From positions 1 to 51,690 of the IMG/VR virus record IMGVR_UViG_3300032258_000002: 51,690 nucleotides of DNA; one strand, given 5' to 3'. Shown in pieces: positions 27,042 through 35,632 of the stretch. Below the pieces are notes generated by a model. It made no database searches. It was given only the letters and a program-made list of their open reading frames with translations, and was not told where the DNA came from. The first letter of the stretch is position 1, and each line of letters starts with the position of its first letter. Both the position numbers and the translations under genes were made by a program. The stretch comes from a virus. Taxonomy: Duplodnaviria > Caudoviricetes.

Positions 27042-27281
27042 TTAAGCTATGGTGTCACCAAAGTTATAGTTCAAGTGTACACCTTTCTTTTCCAGTTGTC
27101 CTTCAATTTTATGCCAGTTCAAATTGTGCTTATCTAAGCGCACCTGAGCTTTCCAGGCAGCATCTTCAACATCTCTCAATCTTTTAACAAGCTTTTGAAC
27201 TTGCGGGTCTTCAAACTCCGAAGGTTGGTCTCCAGAGTCAACGTCAGTTTTACCTTCTGTGAGATATTCTATAAAGCTCAT
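27042..27281 (-). CDS. Putative internal head protein
   Basis: MSFIEYLTEGK CTS-like start; in late operon. Confidence 0.6.
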   Translation of the reverse strand: MSFIEYLTEGKTDVDSGDQPSEFEDPQVQKLVKRLRDVEDAAWKAQVRLDKHNLNWHKIEGQLEKKGVHLNYNFGDTIA

Positions 27282-27445
27282 CTGATAATCTTCACTGGAG
27301 TACAGTAGCCCTGACGGCCGATCTGTTGCTGTTGATTAAGTTGAGCATAGCAATCTCTCGGATTATCAAATTCTGCTACTGGTTGCTGAAAAGCACCTTG
27401 TGGTGTGTACATCATTAAGACAAGAACCCAAACTGTTACTGTCAT
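27278..27445 (-). CDS. Small two-Cys protein with hydrophobic N-terminus
   Basis: Start re-called at MTVTVWVLVLM (GGAGG RBS); FDNPRDC...YCTP. Confidence 0.6.
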   Translation of the reverse strand: MTVTVWVLVLMMYTPQGAFQQPVAEFDNPRDCYAQLNQQQQIGRQGYCTPVKIIR

Positions 27446-27714
27446 TGTGTACCTCCACACTGCTTAGCCATCTCAGTGATAATTTTATGCATGTCCATAA
27501 TCTGTTGCTGATGTAGTGCAGATTCTTCTTTGTACTCATTAACAGATGTACTCAACAGCTCAACCTTCGCACTAATCTCACCGTACTTGATTAGCATAGT
27601 TACAGTACTACCAAGGCCACCAAGCAAAATAGGAATAAGCACAACAAGAACTTTAGGGTCCTTAAATGCATCACCCCAAGTTTTCTTAGTAGGAAGTTGC
27701 TGATCATCAGTCAT
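27442..27714 (-). CDS. Single-TM coiled-coil protein
   Basis: TM VLVVLIPILLGGLG followed by a heptad-like helix. Confidence 0.65.
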   Translation of the reverse strand: MTDDQQLPTKKTWGDAFKDPKVLVVLIPILLGGLGSTVTMLIKYGEISAKVELLSTSVNEYKEESALHQQQIMDMHKIITEMAKQCGGTQ

Positions 27715-27715
27715 C

Positions 27716-27994
27716 TTAATCTACAATAAACACAGATTTTGCTTTAATCTTGATAGTAAAATCTTTCAAAATTTCTTCAATCTCTTCCTTTGGGTAAATC
27801 TTAGCGAAGTCAATCTGAGTACCGAAAGAAGTTGGAGTTACCAGTTTGATTTTGAAACCAGCTCCTCTAAGTATTTCTTCAGGTTTTTTCGCTGCCTCTC
27901 GGACAGTTTTTTCTTCCTGAACCTTCGTATGAAGTCTCTCCACCAATTTATGAGCGACATTTTCATCACCCTTGAGCATGTCTGTAAACTTCAT
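27716..27994 (-). CDS. Putative internal head / core protein
   Basis: MKFTDML start with downstream LVE/VRE candidate cleavage sites. Confidence 0.5.
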   Translation of the reverse strand: MKFTDMLKGDENVAHKLVERLHTKVQEEKTVREAAKKPEEILRGAGFKIKLVTPTSFGTQIDFAKIYPKEEIEEILKDFTIKIKAKSVFIVD

Positions 27995-28005
27995 AAAAAA
28001 CTTCC

Positions 28006-29226
28006 TTATAGGATGTTGAATTTGTACAACATTTCATTATTAAGCACACTTAGTGGTGATGGAGTAATTGCATAGCGGTTAAAGATATGGAAGTTCACAT
28101 TACCAGACTGTGGGTCAGTTACCGGAGAAATCTGTGTTTCATAAGGTGAGAACACCGCGCTTGATTTACTTGGGTTCTCTGTATCCTTAATTCCAACATA
28201 TGCCATAGTACTTGGAGTTGATGACCAAGCTACTGCACCAGTAGTATCAAAGGTTGCAGCTCCACCAGCACCAGTTGCAGCAGATGTTAGTGTAATAGTC
28301 GCACCACCGGTTAGAGTCAAAGCAGTCGCACCGAGAGCTACAGGAGCAGGAAGCAAATTATCACCGGCTGCAGCAACAAAAACACCGTTAGTATCAAGGG
28401 TATCAAGAGATGAAGTAACACTTGTGATGTTAGTTCCATTATCTGTGATTGTGAGAGTAGCATTTTCAAAGATTCCAGTAGTTGCAGAAACAGCAGTAAC
28501 GTTTGTGCTACCAACAACAGTAGCAACACCAGTAGCTTCAGTTCCGAGTGTGATTGTTGAATCTGGATTCATGTAAAACTTGGTTTGACCAATTTTAGCA
28601 ATGAAGAGACCACGCTCATCTTTGTCGGCAGCACCAGCATACTGGCTCAAACCCATGATACCACCAAGTGGGGTAAAAGGAATTACCGCCCAAGACTCAT
28701 AAGATCGAGTATTTCTTGAGTTGATTTTAAGTACAAGTTCATGTACTTTCTGTGTGATTTCAAATAGGTTAACTTCAGCGTTTAGCGAGTTAGATAGGGT
28801 TAAATCGGCAGCCACAGCAGAGTTAGATTCAAGAAACGCAATTGTTTTCTCATTTTCATCATCATTTGCAATACCACGCAGTAGTTTACCAATAATATTA
28901 TTAGCTTCTTTTCCAAAAATGGAACGCATATCATCAATAGCTTCCTGTGTTATACCTGTTGGAATAGATACTGATGGAGAAATTACAGTTACATCACCAC
29001 GAACAAGTTCAATATCGTTAGTACCCACCTTTTTACGTAGGTTGAAAATAGCACCGGTTGGGCCATGAACAGGGATTGATGAAAAGATTTGCTTAGCAAG
29101 TGATGGTAAAGCAGATTGCTGGAACATCGTATCTATAGTAAGATTCTCATCAGTAGTAGCAATGTTTGGGTCTGCTGGTGTTGTCAGATTCTCAACTACT
29201 GTTGTTTCTAATTCTTTATTTTCCAT
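28006..29226 (-). CDS. Major-capsid paralog (gp23/gp24-like, probable vertex protein) with a T/A/G-rich insertion
   Basis: LPSLAKQIFSSIPVHGPTGAIFNLR resembles the gp23 QPMxGPTGxIFxxR motif; VFSPY...DPQS...FNRYAITPSP resembles the gp23 C-terminus; late promoter. Confidence 0.75.
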   Translation of the reverse strand: MENKELETTVVENLTTPADPNIATTDENLTIDTMFQQSALPSLAKQIFSSIPVHGPTGAIFNLRKKVGTNDIELVRGDVTVISPSVSIPTGITQEAIDDMRSIFGKEANNIIGKLLRGIANDDENEKTIAFLESNSAVAADLTLSNSLNAEVNLFEITQKVHELVLKINSRNTRSYESWAVIPFTPLGGIMGLSQYAGAADKDERGLFIAKIGQTKFYMNPDSTITLGTEATGVATVVGSTNVTAVSATTGIFENATLTITDNGTNITSVTSSLDTLDTNGVFVAAAGDNLLPAPVALGATALTLTGGATITLTSAATGAGGAATFDTTGAVAWSSTPSTMAYVGIKDTENPSKSSAVFSPYETQISPVTDPQSGNVNFHIFNRYAITPSPLSVLNNEMLYKFNIL

Positions 29227-29260
29227 GGATTAACTTTCCTCGGTTATGATTAATATGTTT

Positions 29261-29268
29261 TATTTATA
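29261..29268 (-). promoter_or_regulatory. T4-type late promoter TATAAATA
   Basis: Exact motif upstream of the capsid paralog. Confidence 0.75.
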
Positions 29269-29278
29269 ACTTTAGGTT

Positions 29279-29956
29279 TTAATCTCTATCAGCAGCACAA
29301 ACTTCTTGATATGGACACCATTCACACAGCTTAGATGGGCATTTTCTGAAAGCAGTATCAGATTCCGCAGCATTTATTAAATTCAACAGTTGTGCTTTAT
29401 AACTATCCAGATATTCTCTGAATAATTCAATATCATTCTCAGCTTCGTGTTCAACATAAACGTAGCTGATCTTAATTTTATTGATGTTTGGGTATCTCTG
29501 GAAGAAATATATAGCATAGAACATTAGCTGGTCAAAACTTTGCCATTTAAGGTCTTTATATTTTCCAGTTTTCCAATCAATTAAATGAAGAGTTTGTTCT
29601 ATTGGAGCAACAAAGTCGATGCTACCGCGAAACATAGCATCCGGGTCAGAGTAACCACATGGCTCAAAATCCTGAGTTAAACCGAAGCTTAGTTCTCTTG
29701 TGCTTTCAGCTGTAAGATATTTCTCACCAAGTCGTGAACGAATAAAAGCATCCGCAATATGTTGATACTGAGGAGCTAGTTTATGAGTACTGGGCTCTGG
29801 GTACTTTTCTAAAATCGAATGGACAGCTCCACCTTTCAGTAGAGCCGTCCTATCAACATATCCCTGTGGGATTTTATCAATGTACTGATACTTAAACCTA
29901 CGGCCACACTGGCTATGAGTACCTAGTCTCGAAAAGCTGTATGGCGCGAAACGCAT
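29279..29956 (-). CDS. Cas4/RecB-like PD-(D/E)xK exonuclease
   Basis: YSFSRL...CGRRF, GSIDF, IDWKTG, QLMFYA, C-terminal CEWCPYQEVC. Confidence 0.9.
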   Translation of the reverse strand: MRFAPYSFSRLGTHSQCGRRFKYQYIDKIPQGYVDRTALLKGGAVHSILEKYPEPSTHKLAPQYQHIADAFIRSRLGEKYLTAESTRELSFGLTQDFEPCGYSDPDAMFRGSIDFVAPIEQTLHLIDWKTGKYKDLKWQSFDQLMFYAIYFFQRYPNINKIKISYVYVEHEAENDIELFREYLDSYKAQLLNLINAAESDTAFRKCPSKLCEWCPYQEVCAADRD

Positions 29957-30240
29957 CAGTCTATCAACTGACCAATCTTATCCTCAATCTGAGTATTAGA
30001 TTCTAGCCATTCTTTAATTTTATCTTCTTCAAACTTCTCAGAGTCAGATTTCTTCATAGCAGCCTTAATCTTGTTGATTACGCCGTTAACGATAGCAACC
30101 GGAACGCCCTCTTCTTTGAACTCTTCTTTGAGCTGTTTAATGTCATTATCAAGAGACTTTTTGTCCATTAAAAAATTCAGATATCGAATACTGAATTCCT
30201 CAATATTTGCTCTTGCTTCTTGGGTTGACCTTACTTCCAT
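29956..30240 (-). CDS. dsDNA-binding protein (GapR / T4 DsbA-like)
   Basis: DKKSLDNDIKQLKEEFKEEGVPVAIVNGVI pattern. Confidence 0.65.
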   Translation of the reverse strand: MEVRSTQEARANIEEFSIRYLNFLMDKKSLDNDIKQLKEEFKEEGVPVAIVNGVINKIKAAMKKSDSEKFEEDKIKEWLESNTQIEDKIGQLID

Positions 30241-30241
30241 T

Positions 30242-30703
30242 TTATTCTCCTATTTCTGATTGTACGTAATTAACGTACTCTTTGTATTTTTGTGGATTTC
30301 TACAATTAATGTAAACAAATTCAGAAGTAATCCGTTCCACACCTTGATTGTCTCTGAATGTAACTGGGTGGCTCAGGTTGAAAATAACTCTGTATTTCTT
30401 TTCACTGAGCTTAATCGAGCTGATTTCATTCTTGTTAATGAAACCATGACCGTCGATCTGTTTAATGAAATTCTCTTTGAAGTATTTGGATTTACCAAGG
30501 TGCTCCAGGTTCCCTTTCAAGTCTTCAGAATTAATAGCATCCCAATAAACATAATCGCTTATCTGTTTGCTCTGGTCTTCGCGATCTGTACTAATTACAA
30601 TATTATAGTTCAGATTGAAGATAATTCTGTTTCGGTCTTTCAGAATGTTGATGTTACTCACATTCTTTAAATTGATAATTCTATCGTTTGTATTTAAGAA
30701 CAA
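30242..30703 (-). CDS. Hypothetical protein with internal tandem duplication
   Basis: IINLKNVSNI...RIIFNL...SDYVY repeated as FINKNEISSI...RVIFNL...SEFVY; TTG start after AGGAG. Confidence 0.7.
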   Translation of the reverse strand: MFLNTNDRIINLKNVSNINILKDRNRIIFNLNYNIVISTDREDQSKQISDYVYWDAINSEDLKGNLEHLGKSKYFKENFIKQIDGHGFINKNEISSIKLSEKKYRVIFNLSHPVTFRDNQGVERITSEFVYINCRNPQKYKEYVNYVQSEIGE

Positions 30704-30730
30704 AGTCCTTCTCCTTAGGTGATTTACTTA

Positions 30731-30752
30731 ATTATAACATGCTTATGGTTAA
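30731..30752 (-). promoter_or_regulatory. Class II promoter TTAACC-N10-TATAAT
   Basis: Same spacing as the other copies. Confidence 0.65.
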
Positions 30753-30907
30753 TAAGGCTCTATAACTCTGAAAATATTTTCAAGTGGATATTTCTCCACT
30801 CTATCTTCAAGATATATACAATATAAACCATTCTTGACATATGTGTTTTTCACATTATCTCTGATGATTGGCTTTGACTGTGATAGCAAATGTATCTCAA
30901 CTTTCAT
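30749..30907 (-). CDS. Hypothetical 52-aa protein
   Basis: MKVEIHLLSQSKPI...KYPLENIFRVIEPY; GAGG RBS. Confidence 0.6.
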   Translation of the reverse strand: MKVEIHLLSQSKPIIRDNVKNTYVKNGLYCIYLEDRVEKYPLENIFRVIEPY

Positions 30908-31040
30908 GAACTACCTCTATACGAACATCGAATTCAGTAACAAATGGTTCACCATTTTTAACACATTTCTTGTACTGTTTTTCGATCTTTTTTCTTTGCT
31001 TCTTGGTTGTTCCTTCTGGTGTTCTAATATGTATTAGCAT
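30897..31040 (-). CDS. Hypothetical basic 47-aa protein
   Basis: MLIHIRTPEGTTKKQRKKIEKQY...; GAGG RBS. Confidence 0.55.
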   Translation of the reverse strand: MLIHIRTPEGTTKKQRKKIEKQYKKCVKNGEPFVTEFDVRIEVVHES

Positions 31041-31052
31041 TTTTATACCTCT

Positions 31053-32048
31053 TTATAATTTTCCTTTAATCCTAACTGCGGCACTAATGCCAGAGTATAA
31101 ATTTTCTTTAATCATTACTGATGCAATGACTCCCTCATGATTAATCATGAAGTCGTTCATGTCCTTCTCTGTGTATTCATTTGGCTGAATAAAAACTTTA
31201 AATCCGCGATTAGCATAATCTAAACTATTAAACAAGCCGGTCTTGTCGTTGTCCAGTACAAAAACTGGCTCCTTCAATTCCTGTAGTCTTTCTTCTGGCA
31301 TTTTAGCTCCCATGAGAGCAATAGCATTAGGAAGACCACTAGCAATAGCATCAAAGATTCCCTCAAAGATATAGACAGGCTTGTCTTTATCAATATTGAA
31401 CCAATTCCAAATCTTATAGCCGATATTTGAATCATGCATATAAGTCCAGAAATCTTTCGAGTTGATGTTTCTGCTGTAGAAACCGTACATTTCGTTCTTG
31501 TAGTACAAAGGGATAACAATACAGTCCGTGATTGGATATAAGCTTTCACCAATCTGGAGATTTTGATATCCGAAATACCACTTGCCGAATTTTCCATTGT
31601 ACGGTAATCCGCGTTTCTTCAAGTACAGAAGAGCTTCTGGAGATTCTTCTATATCCTTCATATACTGAGTTAAGTCATGAACCAGAACCTCGGCCTCTTT
31701 TGGCTCCGGCTCTGGTTTCTTGAACTTAGCAAATACATCCTCAGAGTTACCCTGTGCGAGTTTCTCCATAGTATTGCCGAATGTTTCTCTCTTGTACTGT
31801 GGGAGCAGTGCAGGAAAGAAGTCTTTCAGAAAGCCATAAACAGATTTATTATGGGCTGCACAATCACCATTGAAGCAGTTCACGTTTGTGATGCTATTTT
31901 TTGTGTACAGGTGCAGCCGTTTCTTTCTCTTGTTTCTAGAGTCACCGCAGACCGGACAGCGGGCAGTAATATCAACGGCAGTTTCTTGTCCGATGTTATC
32001 AAGCCCTACAGCCAGTTTGAAAAATTTCACGTCAACTCTGTCTAGCAT
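31053..32048 (-). CDS. gp61: DNA primase (DnaG/TOPRIM type)
   Basis: RCPVCGDS...CFNGDC Zn domain, FEGIFDA, VLDNDKTG, KDMND. Confidence 0.93.
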   Translation of the reverse strand: MLDRVDVKFFKLAVGLDNIGQETAVDITARCPVCGDSRNKRKKRLHLYTKNSITNVNCFNGDCAAHNKSVYGFLKDFFPALLPQYKRETFGNTMEKLAQGNSEDVFAKFKKPEPEPKEAEVLVHDLTQYMKDIEESPEALLYLKKRGLPYNGKFGKWYFGYQNLQIGESLYPITDCIVIPLYYKNEMYGFYSRNINSKDFWTYMHDSNIGYKIWNWFNIDKDKPVYIFEGIFDAIASGLPNAIALMGAKMPEERLQELKEPVFVLDNDKTGLFNSLDYANRGFKVFIQPNEYTEKDMNDFMINHEGVIASVMIKENLYSGISAAVRIKGKL

Positions 32049-32233
32049 TAGAACCAGTCCGTGCTTACTTCTTTAATGGTTCCACACGCAGTGCAACGCA
32101 ATAAAGTGTATTTAATCACAGGCGGGGTGCATGGTGCAGGTAGAAAAACAACATTGAAGCTTTGCTTTTTACAAGCAAAACAAATTAATCCACCACTTTC
32201 AAAATGGTTTTCAAAAGATTCTTTGCTCACCAT
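32048..32233 (-). CDS. Small zinc-ribbon protein
   Basis: CFAC...CTAC. Confidence 0.6.
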   Translation of the reverse strand: MVSKESFENHFESGGLICFACKKQSFNVVFLPAPCTPPVIKYTLLRCTACGTIKEVSTDWF

Positions 32234-33330
32234 CCGTAATCCTCCGCTGTTAAATCTCTAGTGATTTTGAACACACTAGGCAAATCCATTAATATAGATT
32301 TTAATTCATTGCTGGTTAAGTAATCTTCAAATTCTTTGAAGTTGTACTCTGTATTAGCTTCCTTGAACTGGATGATAATCTCATTCCAAATGTTCGACGG
32401 AATTCCTTCTGACATTACTAATTTGAAATTTCGCTCATAATGTGGTCTGTACAGAGGGTGAGAATCAAGCCAAGCATCCACGGTCCCGTGTTCTTTAATC
32501 TTCTTAGCTAATGTAGTAGGGCCAAAACGTATCTGCTTATAGATAGCTTTAACTCCTGTACTTTCACCTTTTCTGTTTAGATTGTACACATCGAAATTTT
32601 CGATTAGTTCCTTCTTTCGTTCCGGTGGTGCTTCATGCGCTCTGAAGTCCATCGGTGTTTCGGCCTCGAGGCCGTTATCCTTCAAGTACTGAATAAACTC
32701 TTCTGTAAATTCAGTATGGTCAATTACCTTGGGAACCTCATCTCCAGCATCTCCAAGAATACAATGTTCTTGCACCCATGCTTCCATGTGATCTGATTTT
32801 GTATCAGCAGTAAGCCACTTCTTTGTTAGAGCGCTGTACTGAAAAACATTATCAGATCGTTGTGCTTGAATCATATCCTTATCTGGGCTGTGAATGAGAA
32901 TCTTTTCAGTCGGTGAAAATTCTTGAGCCAAAACCAGCATAATATCATCTGCTTCTGCTCTTGGAACTTCCAGTACTCGCCAAGGTAGATTATTTTTAAT
33001 TTGTTCAATCAATTCATTTATGTTCTGGAAAATCTCGTTGTAATCTAAATTCGATTCATCTCGACCAGATTTACGACTAGCTTTATAACCAGCATAAACG
33101 TCCTTTCTCCAATATCCTTCCGCAGTTGATTTATCAATACAGATTACTAAATCTCCGAAATTCGGCCCATGCTCCTGCTTAATACTAAACAGTTCTTGCA
33201 TGATATAGTATTTGGTGAGTCCGATAAACTCAGATGTAACAAATACTCCGTCTTTCATTGAGGGTTTAGCATTCTTCACCGACGTGTGAATCATACGATG
33301 GATAATACTTGAAAAGTCTATAAGTATCAT
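32227..33330 (-). CDS. rnh: RNase H / 5'-3' exonuclease (T4 Rnh-like)
   Basis: Start re-called at MILIDFS (GGAGG); WRKD...YKASR, EADD, SPDKDMIQ, GDAGDEVP. Confidence 0.92.
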   Translation of the reverse strand: MILIDFSSIIHRMIHTSVKNAKPSMKDGVFVTSEFIGLTKYYIMQELFSIKQEHGPNFGDLVICIDKSTAEGYWRKDVYAGYKASRKSGRDESNLDYNEIFQNINELIEQIKNNLPWRVLEVPRAEADDIMLVLAQEFSPTEKILIHSPDKDMIQAQRSDNVFQYSALTKKWLTADTKSDHMEAWVQEHCILGDAGDEVPKVIDHTEFTEEFIQYLKDNGLEAETPMDFRAHEAPPERKKELIENFDVYNLNRKGESTGVKAIYKQIRFGPTTLAKKIKEHGTVDAWLDSHPLYRPHYERNFKLVMSEGIPSNIWNEIIIQFKEANTEYNFKEFEDYLTSNELKSILMDLPSVFKITRDLTAEDYGW

Positions 33331-33385
33331 TTTTCCTCCATGCTGCCTTTGTCCGGTGCAGACCGGTTCATACTTCATAAGAATT

Positions 33386-33407
33386 GAGGCGGGCCGAAGC
33401 CCACCTC
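33386..33407 (-). terminator. cUUCGg hairpin after gp32 (weak terminator or stabiliser)
   Basis: GAGGTGGGC-TTCG-GCCCGCCTC, lacks a clean U tract. Confidence 0.55.
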
Positions 33408-33416
33408 TATCTTAAA

Positions 33417-34355
33417 TTACACTAGGCCGTCGAGTAAAGAATCTAGGCTTGTGTTAGCTTGTGGAGTTGGGGTTGTTTTTGTTTCAACGGCAACTTCTGG
33501 GGTAGTTTCTACAGCAGGAGTACTTGGAGTAACCTCTGGAGTAGTTTCTGTAGTATCAGCGACATCAGCCTTTAGAGGCTCAGCAACTGCTACGGCTTCC
33601 TGGTCAGCCCAGGTTACCCAACGCATCTTGTTCTGCAGCTCTTCATAGGACATGAAAGCTTCAGGTTTCAACAGGTCAGACAGCTTGTATGTATTCTCTT
33701 TAATATCAGCAAGAGCTTCTTCTACGTTGTTGTAGATTGAAGTAACTTCAGTGATAACCTCAGAAGAATCATAGTTAATCTGGTTGTTAGCGCCTTTCTT
33801 CGCAACTAGACGGAATGAATTACCAGCAAGTGGGTTAAACAATTCCTTAGGCTGCGCGCCAAGTGCACGGTCCTGTTCAGATGGGTCAACGGCATTCTGA
33901 ATCTTATCCTTCATAGCACCAGACATGTCGTACAAGAAAATCTTGCCTTCATTTTCTTTGTTAGCTGGGTCTTTCAGAATCTTGATATTTGCGATATAGC
34001 GAACACCACGACCGAATTGCTTAGATTCATCTTTCAGACCAGCATTCCAAAGTTCCTGCCATTTTTCCTGGAAAGGACATGGCTGACCGATGGTCGCAGG
34101 GCTGTATTCAGAAACAAAGCGTTTCTTACCGTTCTTTACGATTGTTGTGTTGATTTTGTACAGGCGTTGAATCATGCCACGCTCAGAGTCGGGCAGGAAT
34201 CGGATAAGTGCAGCACCGTTGCCGTCTTTATCCTTTGCGAGAGTATAGAATCTCTCATCTTTTGCGAAACGATTTCCCGTTTCTTTCGCGAATGGGTCTA
34301 CACCCACAGCTTCTTTCATTGCGTCAAAATTAAACGCGTTTGCATCCATAGTCAT
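33417..34355 (-). CDS. gp32: Single-stranded DNA binding protein
   Basis: DERFY, KDKDGNGAALIRFLP, DPANKENEGKIFLY, NYDSS, acidic tail ending LDSLLDGL. Confidence 0.95.
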   Translation of the reverse strand: MTMDANAFNFDAMKEAVGVDPFAKETGNRFAKDERFYTLAKDKDGNGAALIRFLPDSERGMIQRLYKINTTIVKNGKKRFVSEYSPATIGQPCPFQEKWQELWNAGLKDESKQFGRGVRYIANIKILKDPANKENEGKIFLYDMSGAMKDKIQNAVDPSEQDRALGAQPKELFNPLAGNSFRLVAKKGANNQINYDSSEVITEVTSIYNNVEEALADIKENTYKLSDLLKPEAFMSYEELQNKMRWVTWADQEAVAVAEPLKADVADTTETTPEVTPSTPAVETTPEVAVETKTTPTPQANTSLDSLLDGLV

Positions 34356-34371
34356 ACTATTTTCTCCTAAT

Positions 34372-34447
34372 GAACCGAGTCAATCGGTTCCGTCTAGTTT
34401 AAAGTCTCGGTGGACTATATCTAGTTTAATGACGTTTGCGGTCAAAC
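34372..34447 (-). promoter_or_regulatory. Structured gp32 leader, candidate autoregulatory operator
   Basis: Three small hairpins separated by the direct repeat TTAAACTAGA. Confidence 0.5.
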
Positions 34448-34457
34448 TCTATAATTT

Positions 34458-34465
34458 TATTTATA
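34458..34465 (-). promoter_or_regulatory. T4-type late promoter TATAAATA
   Basis: Exact motif upstream of the gp32 leader. Confidence 0.6.
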
Positions 34466-34485
34466 CAACAGGTGTTTAAGTTTTA

Positions 34486-34779
34486 TTAAGAATTGAGAAC
34501 ATCAAAGCCAAATTCTTCATCTAAAAGAGCAATAAGTTCTTTATATGATTTGACCTTTTCATCAGATGTTTTATGACCTTTCTTTTCCCAGTCAATCTCA
34601 TAAGCAAAGCCCTTAACATAAAGCTTTCTTATATAAGCAACATCATCACCATTTTTAAGCTTAAGTGCATCAACATCTTCAAGCTTGGTTAATGTAGCAT
34701 ACAGTTTTCCGTACTTGAATGTCTTTAGAAGTTCTTCTACTTCTGGGATTTTAGCTTCTAGTAATTCTCTGAATTTCAT
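34486..34779 (-). CDS. Putative internal head protein
   Basis: MKFRELLEAK. Confidence 0.65.
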   Translation of the reverse strand: MKFRELLEAKIPEVEELLKTFKYGKLYATLTKLEDVDALKLKNGDDVAYIRKLYVKGFAYEIDWEKKGHKTSDEKVKSYKELIALLDEEFGFDVLNS

Positions 34780-35003
34780 TACTTGGGTTCTCTCATCTGT
34801 GTTTTGGCTTCTTTGAAGTTATGAGTTTTTATCCAAGGGTCGGATTTTGTACCAGAATCCCACGTGTACACAATATCTTTTCCTGAACCTTCAATTTTTG
34901 TGATGACAGCATTTGACCATTGGCCTGGTGGACCAACACGTACTTGAACCTTATCACCGACTTTATATGTTTTAGCTTCTAGTAATTCTCTGAATTTCAT
35001 TAC
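34749..35003. repeat. 34-bp exact direct repeat at 34749-34782 and 34970-35003
   Basis: ttttagcttctagtaattctctgaatttcattac in both copies; covers upstream stop plus MKFRELLEAK. Confidence 0.9.
34779..35000 (-). CDS. Putative internal head protein, SH3/Tudor-like
   Basis: MKFRELLEAK then YKVGDKVQVR...WSNAVITKI. Confidence 0.65.
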   Translation of the reverse strand: MKFRELLEAKTYKVGDKVQVRVGPPGQWSNAVITKIEGSGKDIVYTWDSGTKSDPWIKTHNFKEAKTQMREPK

Positions 35004-35278
35004 GAAAATACACCAGAACGAGTTATTTCTTTAAAGTCAACAACAAGCTCACCTTGATTTATTCTTGAGCCCTTTACAAGCTTAAGAACTGGTTCTTCGG
35101 TACCTTTGTTTGATTGAAATCTGACAATATTACCAATAGCAATTATTGTTTTCTTATCTCTGCTAAATACTGCTACTTCATCACCCAATGAGTATCCGTT
35201 TAGTTCTTTTACTCCGAGATCGGGAATTGATTTAGCTTCTTCAATAGGCTCTTCGTTGATAAATTCTTTAAAGTTCAT
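35000..35278 (-). CDS. Putative internal head protein
   Basis: Start re-called at MNFKEFINEEPIEEAK. Confidence 0.65.
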   Translation of the reverse strand: MNFKEFINEEPIEEAKSIPDLGVKELNGYSLGDEVAVFSRDKKTIIAIGNIVRFQSNKGTEEPVLKLVKGSRINQGELVVDFKEITRSGVFS

Positions 35279-35628
35279 TACCACTCCTTTATAGAGCCGT
35301 CAATATACCAATATCCGCCCTTAGTAAGTTTTTCGTTCTTTTTCATAACATCACGAACGATTGATTTAGGATCAACATCAACTTCGCCTTTAGAACCATC
35401 TTTTCCGTTGATAGTCAACTTAACATACGAATCACCTTCTGAGCCTGTTGGAAATCCAACCCATTGGCCGTATGGTACAGCTAATGCGGTATTTAGATCA
35501 TCAATAATTTTCTTAACGTTTTTCTTATTACCGCTGATACCCATGTAAAGCCCGATTACTCGGTCAGCGCCCTCATGAAGAACTTCTTCATTGGTTGATT
35601 TTTCTGTGATAAATTCTTTAAAACTCAT
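35278..35628 (-). CDS. Putative internal head protein
   Basis: MSFKEFITEK...VLHEG; late promoter at 35655-35662. Confidence 0.65.
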   Translation of the reverse strand: MSFKEFITEKSTNEEVLHEGADRVIGLYMGISGNKKNVKKIIDDLNTALAVPYGQWVGFPTGSEGDSYVKLTINGKDGSKGEVDVDPKSIVRDVMKKNEKLTKGGYWYIDGSIKEW

Positions 35629-35632
35629 TGTA

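Noticed and set aside
27278-27714. TM coiled-coil plus small Cys protein as an i-spanin/o-spanin pair
   Set aside because: No lipobox Cys after the hydrophobic segment and no endolysin or holin nearby
29279-29956. Cas4-like nuclease as evidence of a CRISPR system
   Set aside because: No repeat-spacer array or other cas genes seen; solo Cas4-like nucleases are common in phages
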